NCBI RefSeq assembly: GCF_006345805.1
Contig: NC_043020.1
Coordinates: 27,466,001 to 27,530,000, forward strand
DNA from: Octopus sinensis
Taxonomy: Eukaryota
Length of the DNA stretch: 64,000 nt
Direction: 5' to 3'
Made by a program: the position numbers and the translations under genes. Shown piece after piece: positions 54,501 through 61,160 of this stretch (the first letter of the stretch is position 1; each line of letters begins with the position of its first letter). The notes beneath the pieces were generated by a model. It ran no database searches. It was not told the origin of the DNA and saw only the letters and a program-made list of their open reading frames with translations.

Positions 54501-56215
54501 GAATATGTCCCTCGTTTAAGAAACAGATTGGGTTTATTTACATTTGCAAAGAAAAAAAGATACCCTTTCCCCACCCCTAACCCTAAAACAGATTGAAATG
54601 CAATAGATCGATACTAGGGTCATAATTATGGGTGACAATTTCATATGACACCGCTAGAAAAAACTGCCGTTCAAACCGAAAAGATGCCAGACTAACTTCC
54701 ATACCAGCCGGAACGAGATAAGCTGTGAACTTTATTCTCCAATCTTTAGTCTTCTATCAACTGTTTTATTCTTTTAGACACTGAATTCTGTCTGGAACTT
54801 TCCTACACACACATACCTTATCTCTGATGACGGAATACCCATTGTAGTGGGGTGTTGACCCATCACCTGGGATATCCCAGAAACAGCTGTAAGACATTAA
54901 TTACTTCTTCATTTTTTGATTCAACCTTATTCTAATTAAATATTCTAATTAATGATCTGAGTTACTCGTCCTGCCTTGGTTTTGTTGTTCATTTTCCTCT
55001 AATAATATACCTGCTGGTTCGGAAGCCTACTACGGATCCCTAGCTCCAGCCCCAGCTGTGATCTTGGAACCTAACGGATGACCAATTATAGCACTTACAC
55101 AGCTTACCTATTCACTTAGATCAACAGTGAACCACACCCCTCATATTCTCTATACAGTCACACAGATATATACACACGCATCCACATATATAAAAATATG
55201 TTAGAAATAATATATTTTTAAATCTCTGAGAGAGATTTATGCAGTAGCAGCACGATAAAGTGATAGCATGTTGTCAACTTAATGTGACAGTCCCATGAAA
55301 GGGAAGAATGCTACTGTTATTTAGCCCTAGGAAACACCGTTTCCTGTTGGACTTAACACATTTCCTCTGTCCTTATGTTTTCAAAGTGGAGACAAGCACC
55401 TCCACCCAGCAAAGCCAGCATCCAGAGACTAGTTTCAGAGTCATTGCTCATCATCAGTCTGGAGTAGCATAGCCTGCTAGCTGTTGATGCCCATCCGCCT
55501 TTGAAAGCGTATATATTTCAAGTGAAATACATTCATCGGACTAAATAACAGTAGCATTCCTCCCTTTCATGGGACTGTCACATTAAGTTGACAACATACT
55601 ATAAATATGTGTGTACAAATACTTATAGAATTATGTACGCATACATGTATGTGTGTGAATGTATGTGTATATACATACATACACACACATACATATTTAA
55701 ACATGCTTCTCTATGATTGTGTGTGTATGTGTGTGTGTGTATGTGTGTGTATGTGTATGTGTGTGTATGTGTGTGTATGTGTGCATGTATGTGAGTGTGC
55801 ATGTATGTGTGTATGTATGTATGTGTGTATGTATGTGTGTGTGTAAGTGTGTGTGTGTATGTATGTGTACATTTGCAAATGTAGAAGATTCTTACCATTT
55901 ATGGATAAAATCCATGGCTTCCAACCTTTCACCAATTCTCCAGACAATACCAGGACGACACGGCAGTCTTCGAGATCGACTGGTAGCCACAGAATAACCA
56001 CTCTCAGAAGAACTGGTGCTTAGTTTCTTTTTCTTCACGGGCACATTCTTGTCCTTGGCACCGTCACTGGAACTGGTTCTGGAGAGCGACTGCCTGGTAA
56101 TACGGACTCCATTTTCTTCATCTTTGTCCTCGCTGGTGCCATTGGTAGGAGCAGCGTTCCCATTCCTGCTTCCTTCTTCTTCGCTTCCGCCTCCTCCGTC
56201 ATCGTCATCATCAGC
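11444..56215 (-). CDS. PHF20: PHD finger protein 20 / PHF20L1 orthologue, 20 mapped coding exons, N-terminus incomplete
   Basis: Twenty GT-AG exons splice in frame to 3864 nt. The product has Tudor1 ([38 protein letters not shown]), Tudor2 ([19 protein letters not shown]), a C2H2 finger, a PHD finger and a C-terminus like PHF20-family proteins. Confidence 0.93.
11596..11897 (-). mobile_element. Non-autonomous Helitron
   Basis: Minus strand starts A|TCTTTATATATAAA and ends with hairpin CCCGAGCAACGCCGGG then CTAG|T. Confidence 0.8.
12671..12866 (-). CDS. PHF20: PHF20 mapped exon 19: C-terminal helical domain
   Basis: atttcag|PPSASGEG...[29 protein letters not shown]|gtacgt. Confidence 0.9.
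13761..14080 (-). CDS. PHF20: PHF20 mapped exon 18: poly-Ser/poly-Asn
   Basis: ttgttcag|(G)[19 protein letters not shown]...[12 protein letters not shown]|gttagt; phase 1-0. Confidence 0.85.
14837..15147 (-). CDS. PHF20: PHF20 mapped exon 17
   Basis: cttccag|(L)[14 protein letters not shown]...ADQNHS|gttggt; phase 2-1. Confidence 0.88.
16067..16265 (-). CDS. PHF20: PHF20 mapped exon 16: conserved post-PHD region
   Basis: ccggcag|(G)[24 protein letters not shown]...[19 protein letters not shown]|gtgagt. Confidence 0.93.
16473..16855 (+). mobile_element. MITE with about 29-bp TIR GGATCTTTTCGGTTTGAACGGCAGTTTTT (Mutator-like), copy 1
   Basis: TIRs at both ends; flanking GATTATAA duplicated. 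Confidence 0.8.
17505..17604 (-). CDS. PHF20: PHF20 mapped exon 15: PHD finger second half
   Basis: ttttgcag|[33 protein letters not shown]|gtaaga; completes the C4HC3 pattern. Confidence 0.95.
18100..18605 (-). mobile_element. Dispersed LINE-like 3' fragment (second copy about 26180-26500)
   Basis: Two similar copies with (TAA)n tails; not classified. Confidence 0.5.
18686..18813 (-). CDS. PHF20: PHF20 mapped exon 14: PHD finger first half
   Basis: tttgcag|[42 protein letters not shown]|gtaaac. Confidence 0.93.
18880..19200. repeat. About 22-bp minisatellite
   Basis: (CACTCATATAGCAAACACTGT)n, roughly 13 degenerate units. Confidence 0.9.
19394..19465 (-). CDS. PHF20: PHF20 mapped exon 13
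   Basis: atttcag|(A)[23 protein letters not shown]|gtaagt; 72 nt, phase 1-1. Confidence 0.8.
19480..19760. repeat. Compound (GA)n/(CA)n microsatellite
   Basis: Direct inspection. Confidence 0.9.
21628..21798 (-). CDS. PHF20: PHF20 mapped exon 12
   Basis: ccttttag|(C)[21 protein letters not shown]...NFDLLD|gtaaat; phase 1-1. Confidence 0.85.
22150..23052 (+). mobile_element. Family C retroposon ((GAT)n tail) with about 12 tandem 65-bp GC-rich units
   Basis: Unit GTGCCGGTGGCACGTAAAAGGCTCCATCCGATCGTGGGGCTGTTTGCCAGCCTCGTCTGGCCCCC; common 3' body ending AAACGATGATGAT. Confidence 0.85.
24256..24468. mobile_element. Old pogo/Tc1-like MITE
   Basis: Imperfect TIRs TACCCTATTTTCTGGCACACAAGTCAA and TTGACTTGTATGCCGGAAATACG. 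Confidence 0.4.
24668..24862 (-). CDS. PHF20: PHF20 mapped exon 11: C2H2 zinc finger
   Basis: gttacag|(V)[39 protein letters not shown]...TSSI|gtaagt. Confidence 0.93.
25780..25911 (-). CDS. PHF20: PHF20 mapped exon 10
   Basis: ttctacag|(G)[15 protein letters not shown]...[10 protein letters not shown]|gtaagc; phase 1-1; NLS-like basic motif. Confidence 0.87.
26670..26800 (+). mobile_element. RTE-type LINE C-terminal zinc-finger fragment
   Basis: Alternative frame [22 protein letters not shown] resembles RTE ORF2 termini. Confidence 0.55.
27085..27360 (+). mobile_element. RTE-type LINE ORF2 C-terminal fragment
   Basis: [65 protein letters not shown]. Confidence 0.85.
28307..28796 (-). CDS. 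PHF20: PHF20 mapped exon 9: KE-rich linker
   Basis: ctgttag|[11 protein letters not shown]...RKVRARP|gtaggt. A weaker in-frame donor (gtgatt, exon end 28292) would add 5 aa. Confidence 0.85.
30456..30745 (-). CDS. PHF20: PHF20 mapped exon 8: poly-Ala and basic linker
   Basis: ttattgaag|(E)[21 protein letters not shown]...[16 protein letters not shown]...EPSDK|gttagt; phase 1-0. Confidence 0.85.
30856..31348 (+). mobile_element. Family C retroposon with about 6 tandem units
   Basis: Same units and tail. Other copies at about 1960-2335, 5330-5510, 13270-13545, 26820-27080, 27700-28080, 29860-30420, 43610-43850, 50060-50400(-) and 59750-60050. Confidence 0.8.
32097..32216 (-). CDS. PHF20: PHF20 mapped exon 7: linker
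   Basis: tttcacag|(E)[16 protein letters not shown]...LQENTT|gtatgt; phase 1-1. Confidence 0.85.
32871..32999 (-). CDS. PHF20: PHF20 mapped exon 6: linker
   Basis: ctttcag|(E)[20 protein letters not shown]...PVDKMK|gtaaca; phase 1-1. Confidence 0.85.
34513..34750 (-). CDS. PHF20: PHF20 mapped exon 5: linker
   Basis: ttttccag|[16 protein letters not shown]...IPDKDST|gtaaat; phase 0 to 1. Confidence 0.85.
37300..37990. promoter_or_regulatory. Intronic CpG-rich island, candidate internal promoter and non-coding first exon
   Basis: Unique, CpG-dense, non-repeat sequence; tandem minus-strand donors TAG|GTAGGT (37740) and TAG|GTAACA (37736). Confidence 0.55.
37894..37912 (-). promoter_or_regulatory. 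CTCF-like motif
   Basis: Minus strand CTGCCGTCAGGTGGCGCTA resembles the CTCF core TGGCCACCAGGGGGCGCTA. Confidence 0.45.
38005..38580. repeat. TA-rich minisatellite
   Basis: Repeated TATATATCCGTCATACATA(G/C)ATT units; interrupted by a family C tail at about 38275-38332. Confidence 0.9.
39480..40517 (+). mobile_element. Family C retroposon with a long C-rich 5' extension
   Basis: C-rich body with internal tandem repeats runs directly into family C units (40261) and the consensus tail. Confidence 0.55.
41170..41518 (+). mobile_element. Helentron/DINE-like non-autonomous element
   Basis: 3' end CTTGGCAGAGGTTTGCGCCAGCTGAGTGCTCTT resembles DINE-type termini; flanked by (TTA)n. Confidence 0.45.
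41575..41739 (+). mobile_element. Helitron 3' fragment
   Basis: CCCGAGCAATGTCGGGCGATACTGCTAGT, the same 3' end as the 11596-11897 element. Confidence 0.6.
42450..43040 (+). pseudogene. Tc1/mariner (maT/DD37D-like) transposase remnant
   Basis: [14 protein letters not shown]...[10 protein letters not shown]..., with downstream [31 protein letters not shown]; stops and frameshifts. Confidence 0.85.
44545..44961 (-). mobile_element. Same MITE, copy 2 (opposite orientation)
   Basis: Both TIRs intact; interior is the reverse complement of copy 1. Confidence 0.8.
45640..45935 (-). mobile_element. CR1/L2-type LINE 3' end
   Basis: Open frame [65 protein letters not shown]; CpGs intact, so probably young. 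Confidence 0.85.
48039..48121 (-). CDS. PHF20: PHF20 mapped exon 4: Tudor2 second half
   Basis: tttttcag|(V)[27 protein letters not shown]|gttggt; phase matches exon 3. Confidence 0.92.
49492..49897 (-). mobile_element. SINE family A
   Basis: Full length; head at the right end. Confidence 0.85.
50476..50560 (-). CDS. PHF20: PHF20 mapped exon 3: Tudor2 first half
   Basis: ttttcag|[28 protein letters not shown]|gtaagc; 85 nt; absent from the ORF track. Confidence 0.93.
51254..51416 (-). CDS. PHF20: PHF20 mapped exon 2: Tudor1
   Basis: ccacag|G TAC CCT GCC; [43 protein letters not shown]; donor gtaagc. Confidence 0.95.
51490..51872 (+). mobile_element. SINE family A
   Basis: Near full length; older than the 58935 copy. 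Confidence 0.8.
52219..52920 (+). mobile_element. Tandem array (about 2.8 units) of a piggyBac-like MITE
   Basis: TTAA|CCCTTTTGTTACC...GGTAACAAAAGGG|TTAA units 52223-52445, 52477-52697 and 52729-; 23-bp spacers. Related copies at about 8601-8760, 34809-35040 and 47290-47570. Confidence 0.8.
53560..54170. repeat. Degenerate GA/GT-rich cryptic satellite
   Basis: Repeated GGAGTGTGTGCA-like motifs; explains the His/Thr-rich spurious ORFs. Confidence 0.8.
54275..54687 (+). mobile_element. Same MITE, copy 3
   Basis: Perfect 9-bp TSD CAGACTAAC (54266-54274 and 54688-54696). Confidence 0.85.
54821..54894 (+). ncRNA. Decayed minimal hammerhead motif in a Penelope-like terminal repeat
   Basis: UCU-CUGAUGA(54824-54830), mismatched stem II, GAAA(54880-54883), palindromic ACAGCUGU, GUA, AGA. 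Confidence 0.55.
55263..55602. mobile_element. 340-bp element with about 65-bp terminal inverted repeats and an internal hammerhead
   Basis: TIRs about 55263-55326 and 55538-55602 with 3 mismatches; no ORF. Confidence 0.7.
55421..55463 (-). ncRNA. Minimal type-I hammerhead motif, sense to PHF20 pre-mRNA
   Basis: Minus strand UCCAGA CUGAUGA U GAG caauga CUC U GAAA C UA GUC^ UCUGGA; perfect 6-bp stem I; palindromic ACUAGU stem III. Confidence 0.65.
55610..55870. repeat. (TG/TATG)n microsatellite
   Basis: Direct inspection. Confidence 0.9.
55896..56215 (-). CDS. PHF20: PHF20 mapped exon 1: acidic N-terminal extension and start of Tudor1
   Basis: Acceptor tttcag, donor TG|gtaaga. Peptide [15 protein letters not shown]...[25 protein letters not shown]. 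Starts in phase 0, so an upstream exon is required. Confidence 0.9.
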
Positions 56216-56600
56216 CTGAAAGAAGGAATTCAGAGAGACATAATGGTAAAAGAGTCGATTCTTCAGTTGTTAGAAATCGGAAGACTTACAGACATGCTGT
56301 AGAAACAGTTGATGAAAACAGAACACACACACACAGGTCTGCTAGAAGTAATAGCTAAATCTCTCTTAAGTCACACACCCAACTATCTTGAAAAGGAAAG
56401 ATCACATTCAATAATGTGGTCCTGGGAGTATTGTACCCGAGGAAAAAGACAAGATGGCCATAGATGGAATGCCTTTGATCAAAGGTCTACTCACTCAAGG
56501 CTGATCTGGACTAAACAACAGCAACATACCCCACTATAAGAGACAGGTTTCAAATTTTGCCACAAGGCCTGCAATTTTGGGGGAAGGGATAAACTGATTA

Positions 56601-57012
56601 GGATCTTTTCTGCTTGAATGGCAGTTTTTTCTAGTGGTGTCATATGAAATTGTCACCCATAATATTGACCCTAGTATCGATCTATTGCATTTCAATCTGT
56701 TTTATGGTTAGGGGTGGGGGAAGGGTATCTTTTTTTCTTCACAAATGTAAATAAACCCAATCTGTTTCTTAAACGAGGGACTTATTCATACGGCACAGAA
56801 TGTTTTCACCTCAATGGACGTCATTGATTGGTTGAAATTGCAGAAATTGAAGAAAAAAAAACAACAAATATCTTACAAACTATAGAATTTTCTCAATAAA
56901 GCCAATAGAAAAAGATGTTTTATAAAAACATTCTACCAGTATACAAAGTTTAAAATTGTTTAGTTACGTGGAAATTATTTAAAAAAAACTGCCGGTCAAA
57001 CCGAAAAGATCT
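56601..57012 (-). mobile_element. Same MITE, copy 4, nested in a SINE
   Basis: Flanked by duplicated CTGATTA; the SINE sequence resumes on both sides. Confidence 0.8.
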
Positions 57013-57529
57013 GCTGATTATATTGACCCCAGTACTCAACTGGTACTTATTTTATTGCCCCCCCCCCCCACTGCAGCAGTAAATGTACTTATTTTATAAA
57101 CCCCGAAAGGATGAAAGACAAAGTCAGCCTCAGCAGAAATTGAACTCAAAACGTAAAGACTGACAAAGAGCGACAAAGCATTTTACCCAGTGTGTTAACA
57201 ATTCAGCCAGCTTACCACCACCTTACACCACTATAAAACATTAATTTCAGACTTTTGGCACAAGGACCACATTTTCAAGGGAAGTACCCAATCAATTACA
57301 CACATACAGGGCACGGCAGGAGTAACACCCTTTTCAGTTGAATCAGGGTATTTTGATGAAACAATTTCCAAAACATTGTGATTTTTTTCTTTTCATTAGT
57401 TTATTATTCATTTAAGAAATGCAATCAATGTGTTCAATAAAAAATTGCTTAAACATTTATATTATACTATAAAAGTTATTAAATGCAAAAAGGGAATTAC
57501 TTCTGCCACACTATGTGTGTGTGTGTATA

Positions 57530-57775
57530 TAATAATAATGAAATTATTGTATACAGTGCTCAGGTGCACCACAACTTGTCAGAAAGTGCGTATAAAGTGT
57601 ATGCAGCAATGTACAAATGTCTGGAAAGCGAACAATGTATGAGTCAGATACATGCTTGTGTGTGTATGGAGGGGAGGAAATCAGGTGTAGTGTTGGCAAA
57701 TCTCAGAAAGCATGGAAGTTTTGAAGGGTGCAGAGCTCCGACAACTAACAACCGATACCGGCAGTTTTGTTCCAT
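57530..57775 (-). mobile_element. Dispersed LINE-like 3' fragment (second copy about 46950-47210)
   Basis: Shared AATGAAATTATTGTATACAGTGCTCAGGTGCACCACAACTTG block with (TAA)n end. Confidence 0.5.
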
Positions 57776-57792
57776 ATATATATGTATATATA

Positions 57793-58170
57793 CTCTTTAC
57801 TCTTTTACTTGTTCAGTCATTTGACTGTGGCCATGCTGGAGCACCGCCTTTAATTGAACAAGTCGACCCCAGTACTTATTCTATCGGTCTCTTTTTGCCG
57901 AAACGCTAAGTAACGGGGAAATAAACACACCAGCATCGGTTGTCAAGCAATGCTAGGGGGACAAACACAGACACACACACATGCATATATATATATATTA
58001 TATACATATATACGACGGGCTTCTTTCAGTTTCCGTCTACCAAATCCACTCACAAGGCTTTGGTTGGCCCGATGCTATAGTAGAAGACACTTGCCCAAGG
58101 TGCCACGCAGTGGGACTGAACCTGGAACCATGTGGTTGGTAAACAAGCTACTTACCACACAGCCACTCCT
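57793..58170 (-). mobile_element. SINE family A, young inverted copy
   Basis: Near reverse complement of 58935-59332. Confidence 0.85.
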
Positions 58171-58934
58171 ATATATATATAGATCATAGCATTAATCAGA
58201 CCATTGGATGTTGTTATACAACACTGGTCACAATGCACTTAGAGTGGACTGGAGTAACATGAAGTAGTCTTGCAAAATTAAACACACACAAAATGGAAAC
58301 CCTGATTATTCTTTATTCTTTTACTTGTTTCAGTCATTAGACTACGGCCATGCTGGGGCACTGTCCAGAATCTTCAATCAAATAGCTTGACCCTCCCAGT
58401 CTTTTTTTTTGTAAGCCTGGTACTTATGCTATAAGTTATTTTATTTCCAAACTTAAGTTATGAGGATGCAAACAAACCAACATTGGTTGTCAAGTGGCGG
58501 TCATGGGGACAAACAGACAAAAACAGACACGCACACACATGATGGGCTTCTTTCAGTTTCCCTCTCATTAGGTTTTGGTCATCCCAAGGCTAAAGAAGAC
58601 ATCTGCCCAAGGTGCCATGCAGTGGGACTGAACTCAGAACCATGTAGTTGGAAAGCAAGCTTCTTACCACAGAGCCGTTCCTGTTCCTTGATATTACAAC
58701 CAGGACTACAAAGACCTAACTATTAGGCCATACGCCTTCACTTATGTTTCTGACACGACTAAAATTATACTTTACCCTTTAGCATTTAAGCCAGCCATGT
58801 CTGTCCCAAATATTCTGTTTTATGTTCAAACTGGCTAGATCAGGCCTCTCAAACCTATCCTACAATGCCATTCTAAGAACGCAACAATCACATCAACATC
58901 TTGAAGCTATAAGATAATGCATGGTTAATTCAAA

Positions 58935-59096
58935 GCAGGAGTGGCTGTGTGGTAAGTAGCTTGCTAACCAACCACAAGGTTCCGGGTTCAGTCCCACTGC
59001 GTGGCATCTTGGGCAAGTGTCTTCTGCTATAGCCTCGGGCCGACCGAAGCCTTGTGAGTGGATTTGGTAGACGGAAACTGAAAGAAGCCCGTCGTA

Positions 59097-59129
<33 letters not shown>

Positions 59130-59332
59130 GAGCATGTGTGTGTGTTTGTGTGTCTGTGTTTGTCCCCCTAGCATTGCTTGACAACCGATGCTGGTGTGTT
59201 TACGTCCCCGTCACTAAGCAGTTCGGCAAAAGCGACCGATAGAATAAGTCCCGGGGTCGATTTGCTCGACTACAGGCAGTGCTCCAGCATGGCCACAGTC
59301 AAATGACTGAAACAAGTAAAAGAGTAAAGAGT
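58935..59332 (+). mobile_element. SINE family A, young full-length copy
   Basis: A box TGGCTGTGTGG, B box GGTTCAGTCCC, CCTTGGGCAAGTG core, internal (TA)n, tail GACTGAAACAAGTAAAAGAG. Many further copies in the window. Confidence 0.85.
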
Positions 59333-59668
59333 AATACAGATAAGATTTACATTTGAGAGCAACCTCTATTGCTAAAGGGATAAATGGGTTATAATTTTCC
59401 AATTATTTCACCAAACAAATGGCAGTGCCCCAGCATGGCCACAGCTCAAACTGAAACTAGTAAAGGAAAATAAAAACACTCGACCCCCACAATGGATCCA
59501 TATCATGAGTGGCTGTGTGGTAAGTAGCTTGTTTACCAACCACATGGTTCCAGGTTCAGTCCTACTGCGTGGCACCTTGGGCAAGTGTCTTCTGCTATAG
59601 CCTTGGGCCGACCAAAGCCTTGTGAGTGGATTTGGTAGACGGAAACTGAAAGAAGCCCATCGTATATA

Positions 59669-59715
<47 letters not shown>

Positions 59716-60299
59716 AAATAGATGAACATCAATGAAACTTGTATCTTTGTACCAGTGCCGGTGGCACATAAGAAAACCATCCGAATGTGGCCGTAGCCAG
59801 TACTGCACCGACTGGCCTCCGTGCTGTGGACACGTAACAAACACCATCCGACCGTGGCCATTCGCCTGTGTCGGTGGCACATAAAATCACCCACTACACT
59901 CTCGGAGTGGTTGGCGTTAGGAAGGGCATCCAGCTGTAGAAACACTGCCAGATCTGACTGGCCTGGTGCAGCCTTCGGGCTCCCCAGACCCCAGTTGAAC
60001 CGTCCAACCCATGCTAGCATGGAAAGCGGACGTTAAACAATGATGATGATATATATATATATGTATGTATGTGTATGTGTTTGTGTGTCTGTGTTTGTCC
60101 CCCTAGCATTGCTTGACAACAGATGCTGGTGTGTTTATGTCCCCGTTACTTAGTGTTTCGGCAAAAAGAGACCGATAGAATAAGTACTGGGCTTACAAAG
60201 AATAAGTCCCGGGGTCGATTTGCTCGATTAGAGGCGGTGCTCCAGCATGGTCGCAGTCAAATGACTGAAACAAGGAAAAGAGTATAAGAGAGAGTAATT

Positions 60300-61160
60300 A
60301 CCGCAGCAGAAGACACCTGCTCAAGGTGCCACAAAATAGGACAAAACAGGAAATCATTTGTGTGGGAAGCCTGCTTCTGAACTGCAGAAGCCAAGTATTT
60401 CTTTGTCCCACATTCCACTGCCAGGCAGAGGTTGACAAGATGCCAAGTTCCACGAAGCTGTTCGAAGGCCTTGGTGTTTGTCCTGCAGGGTTTCCAGCTA
60501 CCCTCCTCCTCCTCACAGGAGGTTGGGGGAAGCACTGAAGCTGCTATAAACCTGCCTTCATTAACAGGTTGTATTGGGTTACTCGTTCACAATAGCATCC
60601 AAAAGGACCCCAGAACCGTTAGCACACCGGACAAAATGCGTAGCCGTATTTCGTCTGCCGTTACGTTCTGAGTTCAAATTCTGCTGAGGTCGACTTTGCC
60701 TTTCATCCTTTCGGGGTCGATAAATTAAGTACCAGTTACGCACTGGGGTCGATGTAATTGACAATCCGTTTGTCTGTCCTTGTTTGTCCCCTCTATGTTT
60801 GGCCCCTTGTGGGTAGTAAAGAAACATATACACACACTCTGTGCAAACACATACACAAGGATGTGTACACTCACATATACAATAAACACATTTGAAATAC
60901 GTAGTTACATACGCACAAGGACACATGATGGCTGCAATTCAATCTCAAATAATAGCATTGCTTGTTTGTTCTCTTGAACAGAAAGAGAACAGATGTGGAT
61001 TTTTGGTCCTCCTCAGAATCCACAATCTTTTGCAGAGACGTGGTAATGATGGGCGCCTCATGCAGCAGGTGTTCAGAGCGCTTACTACCCACGTTGACAT
61101 GAGCCTTCATTCCATCATGGAGATTTTCATTGGGTGCTTTGCTGTTTTTGGCTACAGCCA
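60300..61160 (-). mobile_element. Degenerate LINE reverse-transcriptase remnant, split by a SINE
   Basis: SEHLLHEAPIITTSLQKI..KSTSVLFLFK and EGS...TKAFEQ..WH resemble RT subdomains; SINE at about 60613-60825. Confidence 0.35.

Noticed and set aside
59305-59325. GAAACAAGUA after a small hairpin in the family A SINE tail, resembling a hammerhead half
   Set aside because: No upstream CUGANGA core in the copies I inspected.
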